64,000 bases of DNA from Trichodelitschia bisporula (taxonomy: Eukaryota). Location: contig ML996695.1 of NCBI GenBank assembly GCA_010356995.1, positions 939,061 through 1,003,060 on the forward strand. Reading direction: 5' to 3'. The notes under the pieces were generated by a model. It did no database searches and was not told the DNA's origin. It saw only the letters and a list, made by a program, of their open reading frames with translations. Below, piece by piece: positions 26,070 through 39,591 of this stretch. The position numbers and the translations under genes are program-made. Each line of letters begins with the position of its first letter. Position 1 is the stretch's first letter.

Positions 26070-29000
26070 GGCATGACGGATGCAAGACCGCCTGCGTTGA
26101 GCGCATAGGCTGGAGTTAGTGGTCACATTGCCCCGGAGTATTCATGGGTGGGCTGGTTTCGGCGGCGTCGGTGGTTACCGTGGGGTCGGGCGTTCGGCTG
26201 GCGGGCTCTTTTTCTCAGCAGCGGTGTCTGCGAGAAGCTGATACCCTAAGGTTTTCTGCCAGGTTTTTCTCAGATACTCTAGTATCACTTTGTTCTCCTC
26301 CATTCCATCATTCATTTTTGGGTGTTCTGTCTAACCTTTGTATGGCCGGTTTGGTTCGGTTCGTTTGCTCTACGGCGGGCGACAACCACTTTGGACGGTT
26401 GCGCTCCTGTAGATTGCGATTTTGAGCAGGCGTGTCGGCTTGCGTCATTGATTGCCGTGTTTACGGCATGGCGCACTCATACCCTCGGAGAATTCGGTCA
26501 CGACTTTGCTTGATGACGGATGGGTGGTCACGACAGGCGGAAGGGCTTGCTTCGCTTGTTCAGCTCGCAGGACGACCTAGAGACGGCAATGTGTAATTCA
26601 ATCTCAATGTCAGTTGTGCTATTATGCTATGAGGAGCGGAATCTTTCATGCGCCTGGATGGAAACGGATATGAAATCCAGCGGCCTGCCGTGCTTAGCGA
26701 GCGTAGCGCAGATTCAGAGTACTTTGCATTGCACGTGCTTGTGACGTGCATAAAGTTGCAGCGTCGGTTCCCGAGAGTGGTGTCCCGGACTGGTGTGATG
26801 AACGCACAGCATCGATGCGCGTCTGGTTCTGCGTCCCCAAAATCAGAACAATGTAACCAAGCACACGCAAGGCTCGAAGGCAAGCATCAGAGATTTCCCA
26901 GGGCGTACCTTGGATGATGGCGAATCCTCGCGATCGCTGCCCCTTGCAGCTGACAAGACCTCATAGGACTTTTTATATGATATATGGTCAGGTACCTCGC
27001 AAGTAACAGGCGATTAGGCGAGTCCCGTGTACAGCGGCCCGGCCGAAGATCAATTGATCATACGAGCCGATAGGACCGTGGCGGAATTTCGGTGCGGGGA
27101 GGCCACATTCTCGAAGTGCCATGGAAAATTTGATCGATCTACTATCGCCATGATGCAGGTGATTTTCTCTGCCCATCGAGTTCTTCAAAGCCAGTATCGT
27201 TTGGGACAGCACTGACAACATAGTAAGTATCCTCACCGCGGCCTCGGACGTCAAAATCACGTTCTTCAAGAAACATGCTCAATGGGGACATCGCTGCTAC
27301 ATGGTCCATGCCGGACTTGGTACCGTCTCTCGGAGCATATACCGAAGGGGCTCGCTAGGCGATCACGATTTCGTTCCGTCATCCCCATTTGGGGAATCGT
27401 GAATTTCAAGTTGTGCCAGCAAGTCTGGCAGTCATCCTTCATCACGATCCATCCAACGGCCGAATTATGGAATATAACGGCCGGTTGATACTCATTCTTC
27501 TGATGTCCATATGAGGAAGCTCAACTGGTTGTCGCCCACCAGTCAAAGTGGACATAATAGCGGTAGATAAGGTCACCACCTCCAGGGCAAGACCATCACG
27601 ACACGGAGCCGCGCGAGCCCTCAAGCCTCGCCAAGGCGGATTCCGGCAACGGTCAGGAGAATCCCAAGTCGGGAATAACTGCAAGGCTTCTCTGAAGCGG
27701 GGATGCGGAGACGAGGGGCTGGTGCCCTCGGCAGGAAATCTGTGAATAACCGGTGCCAAAATATATTAGAGTGCGCCCACGAGCGGCGGCACCGGCGTCG
27801 GTTCGCAATATATGAACGACCGGGCTACTTGCCGTCAGGTGTCCCAGTCTGCGAACACTTCCAGCTTCCGTACGAAACCACTAGGTTCAGGGGGGGCACG
27901 GCGCGCCAGCCAATGTTTCTAAAATAATCCAGAGGGATTCCAGGGCGGTCCGCAGGACGGGAAGATCGACACTGGTTGGTGGGGTATGGAAGTGGAGCAC
28001 GTGCGGGGATGCAGCTTTTTAGGAACAGACGGTGATACTGTTGGAAGAATATGCGATTTTGGATTAGTGGGCAACGACACATAGATCCGCTGCTTTTGGA
28101 GCTCTGTCAGAAGCTAGCTGTAAGGCCTTTGATAAACTCTCGGTGATGTATGGCCTACCGGGACGATGCCGTAGTACAGTCGCAGTGTACATCGTGGCGT
28201 ACCCAGGCTGTCAGTGGGGGGCAGGTCGAGGGCTCTATAATACAAAGCGAGGAAACCGGCAAGCTGTTGATGCACTGCGTGACGCATCCTACACAAATTA
28301 TCCAACACGTACCGCAAAGGCGGTATGCCCATAGTTATCAGGAACCTAGAGACTTTGGTCGTGGCGTATCCCAGGAAAAGTCACCACATACCAGCAGCTA
28401 TCAACAAACTGCACCGGGGGACAGCCAAGATTCTTCCGGACGCACCGGGGAAGACGCTGTAGCGCCACTGCAGCATTCTGAATTACCGGACGAAGCGTTG
28501 GCCTTATAAAGTCTGGAGTTTGGTGGGCGGTAAGGCGGTGGGTGTGTGAGGTGTGGTCTGTTGGTGGAAGTTCAAGGGTCGGCATACTATGTAGTTCCAG
28601 GTGGCTGTATAAGCATTTTTGCCCCACGGCGCCTCCCTCAGCCACTAGCCACGGTTGTTGCAGATTGATCGGCCTTGCAAGGGCTTGCCGGCAACGTCAT
28701 ATGAGATAGCAACTTATTTATCCGAATATTTGTCCTTCTCAGTCAAGCGTCCTACTGTACACCATCGCATCCTCTCCCGGATCTGCGAATAGTAGCTATA
28801 TAATATGAGGCGGCAAAATTATGGTAGGTAGCATGGAGGCGGGAAGGCACCATTTTGCCTCCTCCTGTAGCCTGGTCCCTCCCCTTCATGTGCAGCCTTT
28901 GAGACCACGCGTTGGAATAGGAAAGTCGAATAGGGATGCGGGAAATGGCCCTTATCTTGGCATACTTGTGCCTTCAGTCCCAGACCATTGCCGTTCTCGT

Positions 29001-29522
29001 CTGGGCGGCGCATTGCGGGAGTTGTGCGCCCTTCAAACCCCCAGAGCCGTCCATACCTGGCCTCTCCCCAGCCATGTGTACCGGTACTGTGACTCTTTGC
29101 TTTGCATGCGTCAAAGAATTGTGATTGATTGCATCCTATCCTTTTGTCTTCCGCGATTTCTGCGTCCTATTCCTCGTGTCGTCCACTTCTCAACCTGCGA
29201 ACCTGCCAGAACGATCAGCGTTTGTTAATAATCAGCCACCATTATTGTTGCTCCTCCCCCGCAGAGTCCCAAGGCGCGTGGGGTACGCCACCCGGTCATA
29301 CGAGTACAGTAGCCTCAATATAATACTGCCTAGGGCTTCTCAACTTGCGGCATCACCTCGCGCGACTTTACCCTTTGTACCCTCCATCCTCCTCATCACT
29401 CACAAAACCGGGGAGAATAATCAATTCCCCACAACCTCCCCTTGCAACGACACCCCCGCATTCCACAGCCCTTACCCTCCTCTCCCCTGTTACCGTCGTA
29501 CGAGGCTCAATCTCGGGGAGAC

Positions 29523-32500
29523 ATGGAGAAGCACGCGGACGCTCAAGGTACCCTCGCACCTCACTCGGGCGGAAGGCCGGCATCGTGGACTACAACAACC
29601 TTGTTCATATCAAATCTACATTGCCCGTCATGTGTAAAAAGCATCGAGCAAACGCTTGGGGCACTAGGAATCCCGCCTGAGCGCATCTCTTGCTCCATCA
29701 TCTCTCACTCGGTCACCGTACAACATCTCACCTCGGTGGCCGCCACAGCAATCCAGGAATCGATTGAAGCGGGTGGTTTTGAGGTCCACAGCATCTTTGA
29801 AGGTACCGACTTGAGCAACGGCAAAGTAACAACAAGTTCGCTGCGCGAACGGTACGGCCAGGAGTGGGCGGACAGCCTCGACGACGAAATCCAGCGCTGG
29901 CGACAGATATGGAGATTGCTTAACAGCAGACACCCACAGTCATTGACAGCGTCACGAGGACCTTCGCGAGACTCCACTCTTTTACGCAACCTAACCGCCG
30001 AGATCGCCGAGGGTTCAAACATGGGGAAGCAGAAGGTGCACGCAGAGCAGTGCTCGGAGTGCCAGGCGGAGGCAGCAGGAGTCGCACACGGGGATCTTGA
30101 CGGCGTACCACTCACACAACTCACTCCGCCGCTAGCACACAGTGATTCGGTCAACACTTTGACATCTTCCGCTCCCGGCTTGACCGCGAAACCTTCCGAG
30201 GACACCATCGCAGTTGATGGCGGCAATGGGAAACCGAAAGCCAGCGTCGTTGTCATGATTGACGATGTCCAGGAACACCTCTACCATGCCGACATTTCTA
30301 TCGTCGGGATGACATGCAGCGCCTGCGTTGCCGCCATCACGCATGCCGTCGAGCCTTTGCCGTTTGTACGCTCGATCAATGTCGCCCTCCTGACGAATAG
30401 CGCCACGGTGGTTTTTGAAGGGAAGGAGCGAGCCGTGGACGTCGTGCAGACCATCGAAGACTGCGGATTCGACGCAACTGTTGAGCACATCGAGGAGGTC
30501 CGACCTAAAGAGAAATCTAAAGCACCGCAAGAATCCGACATGTGGAAGGCTACCTATGCAATAGGTGGCATGACATGCAGCGCCTGCGTTGGAAACGTCA
30601 CCAATTCCCTAAGCCATCACCCATTCATAGAAAAAATTGACATCAACCTCATATCCAACAGCGGCACTGTCATATTCCGCGGCAAGGAGAACGCATCAGC
30701 CATCACCGAAGCCATCGAGGATGCTGGATACGATGCGACCCTGGACTCGATTGTCAACATCAGCACGCAAGCGACGGTGGATATCGAGCGTGAGGTCTTC
30801 CTCAACATCTCAGGCATGTACTGCCACCACTGTCCGAACAAGGTGCAGAGCGCGCTTCAAGAAAAGTATGGCCGTAACATCGAGATCGTCAAGGCTGCTA
30901 CGACGGATGACCCCATCATGAAGATCAAGTACCTTGCGCGGCCACCCGAGTTCAGCATCAGAAACATCATTGCCACGATCGATCAAATTGACGAAGCTTT
31001 CATTACGACCATCCATCATCCGCCAACCATTGAGGACCGATCTCGGGCAATGCTGGCCAGGGAGCGAACTCGCATCCTGTTGCGCCTTGCCCTCTCGGTG
31101 ACAGCGGCAATCCCTGCCTTCATCATAGGCGTCGTCTGCATGCAACTGCTCATGCATCGGAGCGAAATCCGGATGTTCATGATGCATCCGGTGTGGGCCG
31201 GTAGCGTCAGCCGTGCCGAGTGGTCGCTCTTCATCCTTGCGACTCCCATTTACTTTTTCGCAGCCGATACCTTCCACCGACGGGCGCTCAAGGAACTCAA
31301 AGCTATGTGGCGACCGGGAAGCCCAGTTCCGATTCACGAGCGCTTCTTCCGCTTCGGCAGCATGAATATGCTCATGTCGCTGGGCACTACGATTGCGTAC
31401 TTCTCTTCAGTCGCTCAGCTAGCGATCGCAGCAACCCAGGAGCCCATGGAGATGGAGGGCGAGACGATGATGTCGGGAGAGAACTACTTCGATTCTGTGA
31501 TCTTTTTGACCATGTTTCTCCTAATGGGACGCTTCATCGAAGCCTACAGCAAAGCGAAGACGGGTGATGCGGTCGCATCTCTTGGTGCGCTTCGGCCAAC
31601 GGAGGCGATTCTCATTGAAGAGGCGGATGTTTCCGGACGGAAGCTTTCGGTTGACCTCCTTGATGTCGGAGATACCGTTCTCGTGCAGCACGGGATGTCG
31701 CCTCCTTTCGACGGTACTGTGGTGGATGGGTCAACGAAGTTTGATGAATCCAGCTTGACCGGAGAGTCCATGCCGGTGCGAAAGGAAATCGGTGACCAAG
31801 TTTTCTCCGGAACCGTTAACAGGGGCTCTCCCGTGAGCGTTCGTCTGACCAGCGTCTCGGGTACGTCGATGTTGGACCAAATCATCAAGATTGTGCGCGA
31901 AGGTCAGACAAAGCGTGCTCCGGTGGAGCGGGTCGCAGATATGGTCACTAGCCACTTTGTGCCATTCGTGGTGCTTGTCGGTGTCTCGACTTGGATCGTC
32001 TGGCTTTCTCTCGGCTTGGGTGGTGTTCTTCCGGCGCACTGGCTATCGGAGGCACTTGGAGGCTGGCCATTGTGGTCCCTCAAGTTCGCCATCGCTGTCT
32101 TTGTTGTTGCTTGCCCCTGCGGTATTGGACTGGCTGCTCCTACGGCCCTTTTCGTTGGTGGCGGCATGGCCGCGAAACACGGCATACTTGTCAAGGGCGG
32201 TGGCGAAGCGTTCCAGGAAGCGAGTACTCTGGACTGTATCGTTTTCGACAAGACCGGTACTTTGACCTCGGGTGGAGATCCATCAGTTACGGACCATAAG
32301 CTCATTACGGATGATGACGAAAAGGAAGTCCTCGGCATGATTAAACGGCTGGAGGAGAACAGTGGGCACCCAATTGCAAAGGCCATCGTTGAGTTTTGCG
32401 CTCTCCATTCTGACCACGCCTTCATTGCCACCGACATCGGGGAGACTCCGGGCAAGGGTATGATTGGAAAGTTTCGGCTCGACGAGGGTAACAATGCCGC

Positions 32501-33365
32501 CCTAGATGTCGAAGTTATCATCGGCAATGAAACTCTGATGACTGACCACGGCGTGGGAGTTGACGCATCTACCTATGCCACGCTACAGTTCTGGAAGCGC
32601 CAAGGCAAATCGGTCGTCCTCGTAGCCCTGAAGGCGTCGGACCCATTTGCGGATCCCAAAAAAGCACGCTGGATTCTGACGGCCATATTCGCCGTTGCCG
32701 ACCAGCTGCGTCCCGAGGCGCGCCCCACAGTGCAAGCGCTGCGAGAACGCGGCGTAGATGTATGGATGCTGTCCGGAGACAACGTGGACACGGCGCGGGC
32801 TGTTGGAGAAATGGTCGGCATCAAGAAGGAGAACATCATTGCGGGCGTCCTGCCGGATCAGAAAGCGGAACGCATTCAGTGGTTGCAAAAGACGCTCCCC
32901 AAGCCGTCGCGCCGCCCGCGCGCAACGGTTGCCATGGTTGGCGACGGCATCAACGACTCGCCCGCACTCACTATGGCGGATGTCGGCATCGCCATTGGGT
33001 CGGGATCCGATGTTGCGCTCTCGTCGGCAGAGTTTGTGCTCATCAAGTCAGATTTAGAGTCCATCCTCACGCTCATCGACCTCAGCCGCACCGTGTTCCG
33101 GCGCGTATGGTTTAATTTTGGCTGGGCGCTGGTGTACAACTTGATTGCAATGCCAGTGGCTGCCGGCGTGTTCTATCCGATCGTCAGCCAGGGGAAGCAC
33201 GTCCGGTTGGATCCTGTGTGGGCGAGTCTAGCCATGGCACTGAGCAGCGTGAGTGTTATTTGTAGCAGTCTGGCACTGAGGAGCAACCTGCCGTTGTTGG
33301 GCTTCCGGCAGAAACGGATTGTCAAGGATGTTACCCCTACGCTGTCCCCTTCTAACACGAACTGA
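29523..33365 (+). CDS. Copper-transporting P1B-type ATPase, CrpA/Crp1 (export)-like
   Basis: HMA motifs LHCPSC, GMTCSAC x2 and GMYCHHC; LTGES, ACPC, DKTGT, HP, GDGINDSP, YN and MALSS. An alternative upstream ATG is at 29442. Confidence 0.93.
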   Translation: MEKHADAQGTLAPHSGGRPASWTTTTLFISNLHCPSCVKSIEQTLGALGIPPERISCSIISHSVTVQHLTSVAATAIQESIEAGGFEVHSIFEGTDLSNGKVTTSSLRERYGQEWADSLDDEIQRWRQIWRLLNSRHPQSLTASRGPSRDSTLLRNLTAEIAEGSNMGKQKVHAEQCSECQAEAAGVAHGDLDGVPLTQLTPPLAHSDSVNTLTSSAPGLTAKPSEDTIAVDGGNGKPKASVVVMIDDVQEHLYHADISIVGMTCSACVAAITHAVEPLPFVRSINVALLTNSATVVFEGKERAVDVVQTIEDCGFDATVEHIEEVRPKEKSKAPQESDMWKATYAIGGMTCSACVGNVTNSLSHHPFIEKIDINLISNSGTVIFRGKENASAITEAIEDAGYDATLDSIVNISTQATVDIEREVFLNISGMYCHHCPNKVQSALQEKYGRNIEIVKAATTDDPIMKIKYLARPPEFSIRNIIATIDQIDEAFITTIHHPPTIEDRSRAMLARERTRILLRLALSVTAAIPAFIIGVVCMQLLMHRSEIRMFMMHPVWAGSVSRAEWSLFILATPIYFFAADTFHRRALKELKAMWRPGSPVPIHERFFRFGSMNMLMSLGTTIAYFSSVAQLAIAATQEPMEMEGETMMSGENYFDSVIFLTMFLLMGRFIEAYSKAKTGDAVASLGALRPTEAILIEEADVSGRKLSVDLLDVGDTVLVQHGMSPPFDGTVVDGSTKFDESSLTGESMPVRKEIGDQVFSGTVNRGSPVSVRLTSVSGTSMLDQIIKIVREGQTKRAPVERVADMVTSHFVPFVVLVGVSTWIVWLSLGLGGVLPAHWLSEALGGWPLWSLKFAIAVFVVACPCGIGLAAPTALFVGGGMAAKHGILVKGGGEAFQEASTLDCIVFDKTGTLTSGGDPSVTDHKLITDDDEKEVLGMIKRLEENSGHPIAKAIVEFCALHSDHAFIATDIGETPGKGMIGKFRLDEGNNAALDVEVIIGNETLMTDHGVGVDASTYATLQFWKRQGKSVVLVALKASDPFADPKKARWILTAIFAVADQLRPEARPTVQALRERGVDVWMLSGDNVDTARAVGEMVGIKKENIIAGVLPDQKAERIQWLQKTLPKPSRRPRATVAMVGDGINDSPALTMADVGIAIGSGSDVALSSAEFVLIKSDLESILTLIDLSRTVFRRVWFNFGWALVYNLIAMPVAAGVFYPIVSQGKHVRLDPVWASLAMALSSVSVICSSLALRSNLPLLGFRQKRIVKDVTPTLSPSNTN

Positions 33366-34838
33366 TGGATGTTATCCTACTGTTTCACTTTCCTCTTTGT
33401 CTTTATACTACTTGTGACGCTCTGAAGTTGCAGTTTTGAGCCCAGCGGCACTCGCACATATTCTTCCCCTTTTATGTTCGTTGCATGCGTGCATGGCGCA
33501 CGTTTGGTATGGAGTCCGGGGCTTTTGCTAGATGAGGGATACCATGTAGCATAGCATGGCTGCGACAGTCTAGTGGCCGGATAGCATGCAAGCTGGCTTT
33601 GTAGGATACGATGAGAACCGGACTTTCTTGTACACCTGCCTGCCTCAATGTGTACGTCTCACGTGAAATATGTGTTGGGACCCCCGAGCCGAGTTTTCTC
33701 TGAATGATAAACCCCTCCCCGGGTAATGGTTGAAGTCTGGAAGGAGCAGGGCTGAGGTTGCCGATGGATGTCCCTGTCGGAAGCCGGAAGCCGCCAGTCG
33801 GGATAATGGAGTTATAGATGCCTTTGTTTCATGAAGATGCAAGATGGGTGCGGGGGTGCATGGGGCCTCCCAGATCTAGCCCAGGAGAATGCAATGCCGA
33901 GCTGGTCGTGTAGTGACTTTAGAGAATTTCTACCCCTTGGCTTCTGAGGTGCTGAATTGCCTGGTGACTTCATCTCACTTTCACAACGGTTCGGTTAGTG
34001 TTTCTCTCTCAAGGTGGATGATGATGGATAACTTGGAGAACACATCAGCACGAGGGGTGGTGGGACACTCAGGTCCCAAAGGAGAACATTTAGTGGCTTT
34101 AAGCCTCGACAACAGGTGCTTTCGCTAACATCTCCATCATTGCGCTTGACCAACTCTGGCAATTTATCGCGGTCACATGGAAGAGCAGCGAACTCATCTG
34201 GTAAACGTTTCACCCAAATGGACACGTGGGGCTTGCTGTGCCGTGAAACAAAGCTTCTCGAACGCTGAGTGGATCGAAGAATTACCAGTCACTCGGCTCC
34301 TCCACAAGGTGTTGGCGACATCGACATCTGATGCTCTGCAACGCTACGGTACGGGTACGCAAGCAAGAACAATTAATGCGCGTCACCTCCACCATTATTT
34401 GCACGCCATCGACGTCTCTTTCAACCAAGCTGAGTCGGCTAGTGGCGCCATCTTCCGTATCTGCACTTTGTTCTTCAGCTTCGCCGCTAAACGTACGTAT
34501 TGAGTACAGCCAAGGCTGCAGGTCCAGAGTCCGAGCCCCTGCTGGCCACCTTTCAAGTGCTGTCTTCCACAGTTCGCGCGCGCATATGCCGGATGACCTC
34601 AATCCACTTCACCTCTCCCTAACCTAGACATCTCCACTTCCCCTCCTTCTCTACCCAAATACTCCGAGCTTCAACCCTCGTGCTGCGTCCCAAACCGTCT
34701 CTCCTTGTTCCTTTGCATCGGCTCTTTCACGCGCACCCCGCTCGGCTCCGTTGACTCGACCATGTGCGGATCAACCCTCAAGCGCGTGCCACCATTTGAA
34801 TAGTACGAATTAGTCGCCGAGCTCTGCAATATCGGCGA

Positions 34839-37099
34839 ATGGAAAATATCATATACGCAGATTCGCCCCTGGCGGCCTACCTGGAAGGTGAGCAGTCTAC
34901 TTCGCCTTTTCACTGCCATCTATAGCTTCTCCCCCAAACCGCTGCCTTTTGCTCTCCTCTGCCAGTGCTGTGAAGCGCAATGGTTCCCACTCCACCCCTG
35001 CTCCCTCGATGATGCCGCTGCTCTGGCTGCACATCCGCGCCGTTGTCTTTCTGTCGCGAATACTGACTCCGCATCGCGCAAAAGGGGAGGGCAGTGTGAG
35101 CGCTGATGAGACATGGGTGCCCTCGCATACACGCGAAACCTCCGTGTCAAGTGCGCGCTCGTCGTCGCAACCCTACCGCCGCAGACATGCACCTCCGCAC
35201 CCACTCGCCTTCGCACCCACGGGTCGCCCCGCTCTGCGAAATCGCATAAACCACAAGCTCCCACAACCGCTACGTATACGCATCCCGCAGAATGGACCGA
35301 TGGCTAAGATCCACGACGCATGTTCGGTAGGTTGGGTGGTTTCAGCGCATGCAACGCGAACCTGACGAGTTTTAGCGTGCAGTCAACTCTCGCCTCGGAC
35401 GCGCCGATAACTCCAAGTTCCTAGAACACTTTCGCTACATTATTGTCGCTTCACAGCTGCTGAACGAGCAGTATGGACACGGCGGTCTTCGCGCGAGCTC
35501 GCTACCTAGTCAGCTTGCGACTGCGCAGTTGGGAGAATTCAACGTCGCTTCGACGAGCGTGCGCGGCGCCATCGTTACAGCCGCCATCGCTTTCGGTATT
35601 GTCTGGTTAATTCACTGGTCGCGAGGAGGTCGACTGGGTGGCTTCAGTCGTGGGCGCCTTTCCATCATCGTCTCGGTTTTCCTGGTCCTTGCTGTGGTGC
35701 TGTACGCCTATGCCCGACGTCAGTGGTTGCAGTACCTCAGGAAGAATGCGGTTTCTGCTGCATCGACATTGGTCACGAATCTGCAGGCATTTGACAGCTC
35801 ATCGTCTGCTGCCTTGATGCTCATTCAGGAGGTGGAGCTAGTTTCGCGGGGCTACCGGATGTAAGGGTCTCGCCTTATGACGTCGATCACTCCTAACCCT
35901 CTTTTAGTAGCAATCCGTTGCCTCCAATCACTCGTCTCGAGGAAAGAGGTCAAACCCGCCGGTGCGGCCGCCTGCGGAGATGTCTCCGTGGTGCGTTTTC
36001 AACAAACATACCTCCATTGCTAGAAGCATGCGGAAATCTCCGAGAACTGATTTCTGAGGATGATCTGGAGAAATACCTGGATATATATGACATCAATGAT
36101 CAGGATATACAGGAGGCATACCACGGATTTTCGCTTTCGGAATTCGAAGATCTCGAATCCCTTAAGGCTCTACGAATCTTACAGGCGCGACTTACGGTTC
36201 TCCGACGCGTCTTCCTTTGTTCCCTTCTTTCGCTCGAAGCAGATGGCGGCAAGCCGGATTTCGCTCGTTGGCGCACGGCTGTCGATGCGATGGAGAGCAT
36301 GGCCAGTATCTCCGGCTCCTGGGCTGAGAAGATAAATCTCATACTCAACGAAGAGGAGTCATTCAACTTGGTCTCCTCGCCTTCCATCAAGCGACAGTCC
36401 TTCGGATTGTCGGCTGGCGCGTCAGATCGGGACCGTTTCCGGTCCCAAATCCGCAAGCTCGGCACATTATCGTCTGGTATCCGCGGGCTCCAAGCAAAGC
36501 TCCAGATCCTACGCGAGGAGTCATCAAAGGTCTTCGAAGGCGATCCGGGACCCTCCAGTGACACTGCCATTGCAGACCTGGCCCCCAGCGTGCTGGCGCA
36601 ATACGACTCGATCGGTTCGGACCTCAAGTCCCTCCTGCAGGCTTGGGAATCTGGTAAGACGTCACTAGCACTGTCCCTCGAAAAGCACGCCGCCGACCAG
36701 CGTCGCATCTCCGGCGTGGCCGACCTCGCCATGCGCAGTCCGGCTCCGTCTCTCGGTGGCCGAACTGCCGTCGAGGAAGGGGATCCGAATGGAAGTCCGC
36801 TCGATGCTCTCCGTGCTCTGGAGGGCTTGTCTCGCTCGTCGTCCAACCATAGTGCCAGCCACAGCCATGGGTCATCGGACGACGCGGAAGTTTTTGAAGG
36901 AATCGCAATTCCTCGCATCCGCCCATCAAGAGAAGAGCGCCTGGCGCGCATGGCTGAAGACCGCGAGCGCGCGGCTAGTGCGCGCGAACGGCGGGAGGCG
37001 GGTATGAGTCTCATCCGCGAGCTCGAAAATGTCATCTCGCAGCGACCCAGCGCGGTGACTCACCCGCGAGGACCTGGCAGCCGAATTACCTCGATTTGA
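34839..37099 (+). CDS. vezA: Vezatin-family (myosin-binding motif) membrane protein, VezA-like
   Basis: Introns 34888-35084, 35327-35375 and 35861-35907 give MENIIYADSPLAAYLEGEG, FLEHFRYIIVASQLL, two TM helices, LIQEVELVSRGYRISNPLPPITRLE, C-terminal LIRELENVI. Confidence 0.82.
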
Positions 37100-37695
37100 G
37101 ACCCGATATTGCCATTACGATCACTGACACGCGGCGTTCATTCATTTGCCGGTTGGGAAAAGGGACTTTGGAGTTTTGCGTCCGACCTGGGAATTGGCCT
37201 GATAACATTTTGCTTGTGATATCTGCTTTCTAATACCTTATCAGCTCGCAGTCTTCCTTGGCGACAGCTTGGATCCGGAGTTGACATTCGGCCGACCAGC
37301 TGTATTTCTTCTTGTCTATCTCTTGTTTCTTCTTCGTGGCGAGTTCGATGCTCATGAGATACCCGACAGGTTCCCTAATCTCTTTGATGTATGTTGGATA
37401 TGACGGCAACACCTAACGATCACTATGTAGGCACTAGAGTTGGAGTTAGGCCCTTGTTTGGACCTCTTATGGGAACAGTTTTTCGCCGGACCGAGCGGCC
37501 TTAGAGATGTAACCTTATGATCACCCGATTGTAGTTCTTTTGAGATGGGCGGCCGCGGGAGCGCTGTAATTATATTGAGTATGCTGCGATGATTCCCATT
37601 GATCCGCATGCCTCAGTCCACGTTGAACATACAGCAACTCATGACACCTTTTTCATTACAAGTCTATCATGCCCACCCGCGCCACATCAGCCCGC

Positions 37696-39591
37696 CTACC
37701 TCGACAAGCACAAGTCATCAATCTTCAGAATCATCCTGCAAGTCTCGACCGCAAGCTCAATAGCGCTGGTGCTAACAAGCAGGGGCTGGAGCACATTCTC
37801 CTCAGCGATATTGTTCTTCACGCCGCCGGACTTGATGCTCACGCCCGCATTCTTCTCACCCAACGCATGCCTGTGCCGCAAATCCGTCACCACGCGGATG
37901 GAATTCAGCCCTGCGTTCTCCGCCAGCGTAGTAGGGATAACCTCAAGGGCGTCAGCGAAGGCCTTCCAGCAGATAGCCTCGGTGCCAGTGAGGCCACGCG
38001 CACGGGTCGAAAGCTGGTGAGCGATTTCGATTTCGGGCGCGCCGCCACCGGCGACAAGCGCCCTCTTCTTCACCAGGCAGCGCATGACGCACTGGGCGTC
38101 GTGCAGTGAGCGCTCGGCTTCGTCGAGGATGAGCGAGTTGGCGCCGCGGACGACGATGGAGACGGTTTGCACGGCGGCTTTGACACCGGTTACTTTGACG
38201 ATGCGGGCGCCGGAGGATTGGACTTCTTCGATCAGGTCGGCGGAGGCGAGTTTGTCTTCTGTGAAGGAGTCGACGTCGGCGATGGGCTTGCAGCCAGTAC
38301 TCTTGCAAATGAACTCAATCTCGTCGCGCTCGATATCTTTGATGACCAAGATGCCTGACTTGGCCAGGAAATGGAGACTGAGGTCATTGACGGCATCGCG
38401 CAGGATAGACTTCTGGATGAAGAGGACGTTGCACTTGGCCTTCCTAATCTTCTTCACCATGTTCAGCAGGTACGTCCGCTCCTCTTTGAGAATCTTGTCC
38501 ATCTGCCGGTAGTCGTTCACCACAATCTGGTTCTCCATGTCCGGCTTCGGCGGGCTCAGCTGGAACTGTATGAGGCCTATCCGAGCCTTCTCTATCCGTG
38601 TCGGTCCGCCCGCACTCTTGATCACCTGCTGTGACAGCACCAACCCGTCCACCATCTCACTCTCGTCCAGGCTGCCGCCAGGCTTCTTGAGGATACGGAT
38701 ATTGCGCAGGTCCACATTCTCCGCTGACTTGGGGTCTATGATCTTAAGCACCGAGTCGACAGCCATGGGAGCGAGTTTGGGCTCCTGGGCCACGATCTTG
38801 GAGGAGAGCGAGGTGGAGGCTGCCTTGAGAAGGGAGGCACGATCCGAGAGATTGAGCGGGATCGACATGTCGTGTAGAATCTCGACCGCCGCAACGGCTG
38901 CACGCTGGAAGGACTCAGAGATGACGGTGGGATGGAGACCTGGCTGTATTAGAGGTGCTTGTGGCAAGGGGTGCGGGTACGCAGTATACCCTTCTCCAGC
39001 AGCCGGTCTGCGGCGCCCAACAGACTGCCTGTGATAACCACGACTGACGTTGTTCCGTCACCGGCTTCAATATCTTGTGCGTTTGCAACGTCGACCAACA
39101 TTTTAGCTGCGGGGTGCAGGACGGACATGTCCCTGAGCATGGTGTTGCCGTCATTTGTCTACTTGATATTAGGCTGATGTCGGATACGCGTTGGACTCGT
39201 GCTCACGATAATGGTTGCGCCCTTGCCAGTTTGGATCTACGAGTGTTAGCTAGCTGACAGAGCTTTAGGAATGACGACTGTACCATCTTGTCCATTCCGC
39301 GAGGTCCAAGCGACTATCGTATGTTAGCGGGGTCGGCGGCCGGCGGCTCTGGGGCATCCTACAGTCCGGATGGCATCCGCAACAGCTGCAGAGCGGTTAG
39401 AATTAATACGACGAAGCTTTACGGATATGAACTACCCTTTGCGGCTTGAATGTTCGCAGTCCGCACTGCCTGGGGCTTCTCCTTATCCTGCAGCGCATTC
39501 AGTATTCCCGAGTATATTTACAACTGCAGCGAAAACAAACCTTGAAGGCAGAGTTTCCCATAGGAGCACTGGCTACTTGAGCGGTCGCCAT
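37696..39591 (-). CDS. CCT4: Chaperonin CCT/TRiC subunit delta
   Basis: Six introns (39488-39540, 39386-39435, 39314-39362, 39237-39283, 39159-39206, 38940-38989) give [58 protein letters not shown]. Confidence 0.95.

Noticed and set aside
26988..28645. Short ORFs upstream of the Cu ATPase as a possible gene or transposon relic
   Set aside because: No recognisable domain, terminal repeats, RIP-like AT richness or frame-preserving splice pattern.
29211..29240. Possible Ace1/AceA copper-response (GCTG core) sites
   Set aside because: The motif is too degenerate to support from one sequence.
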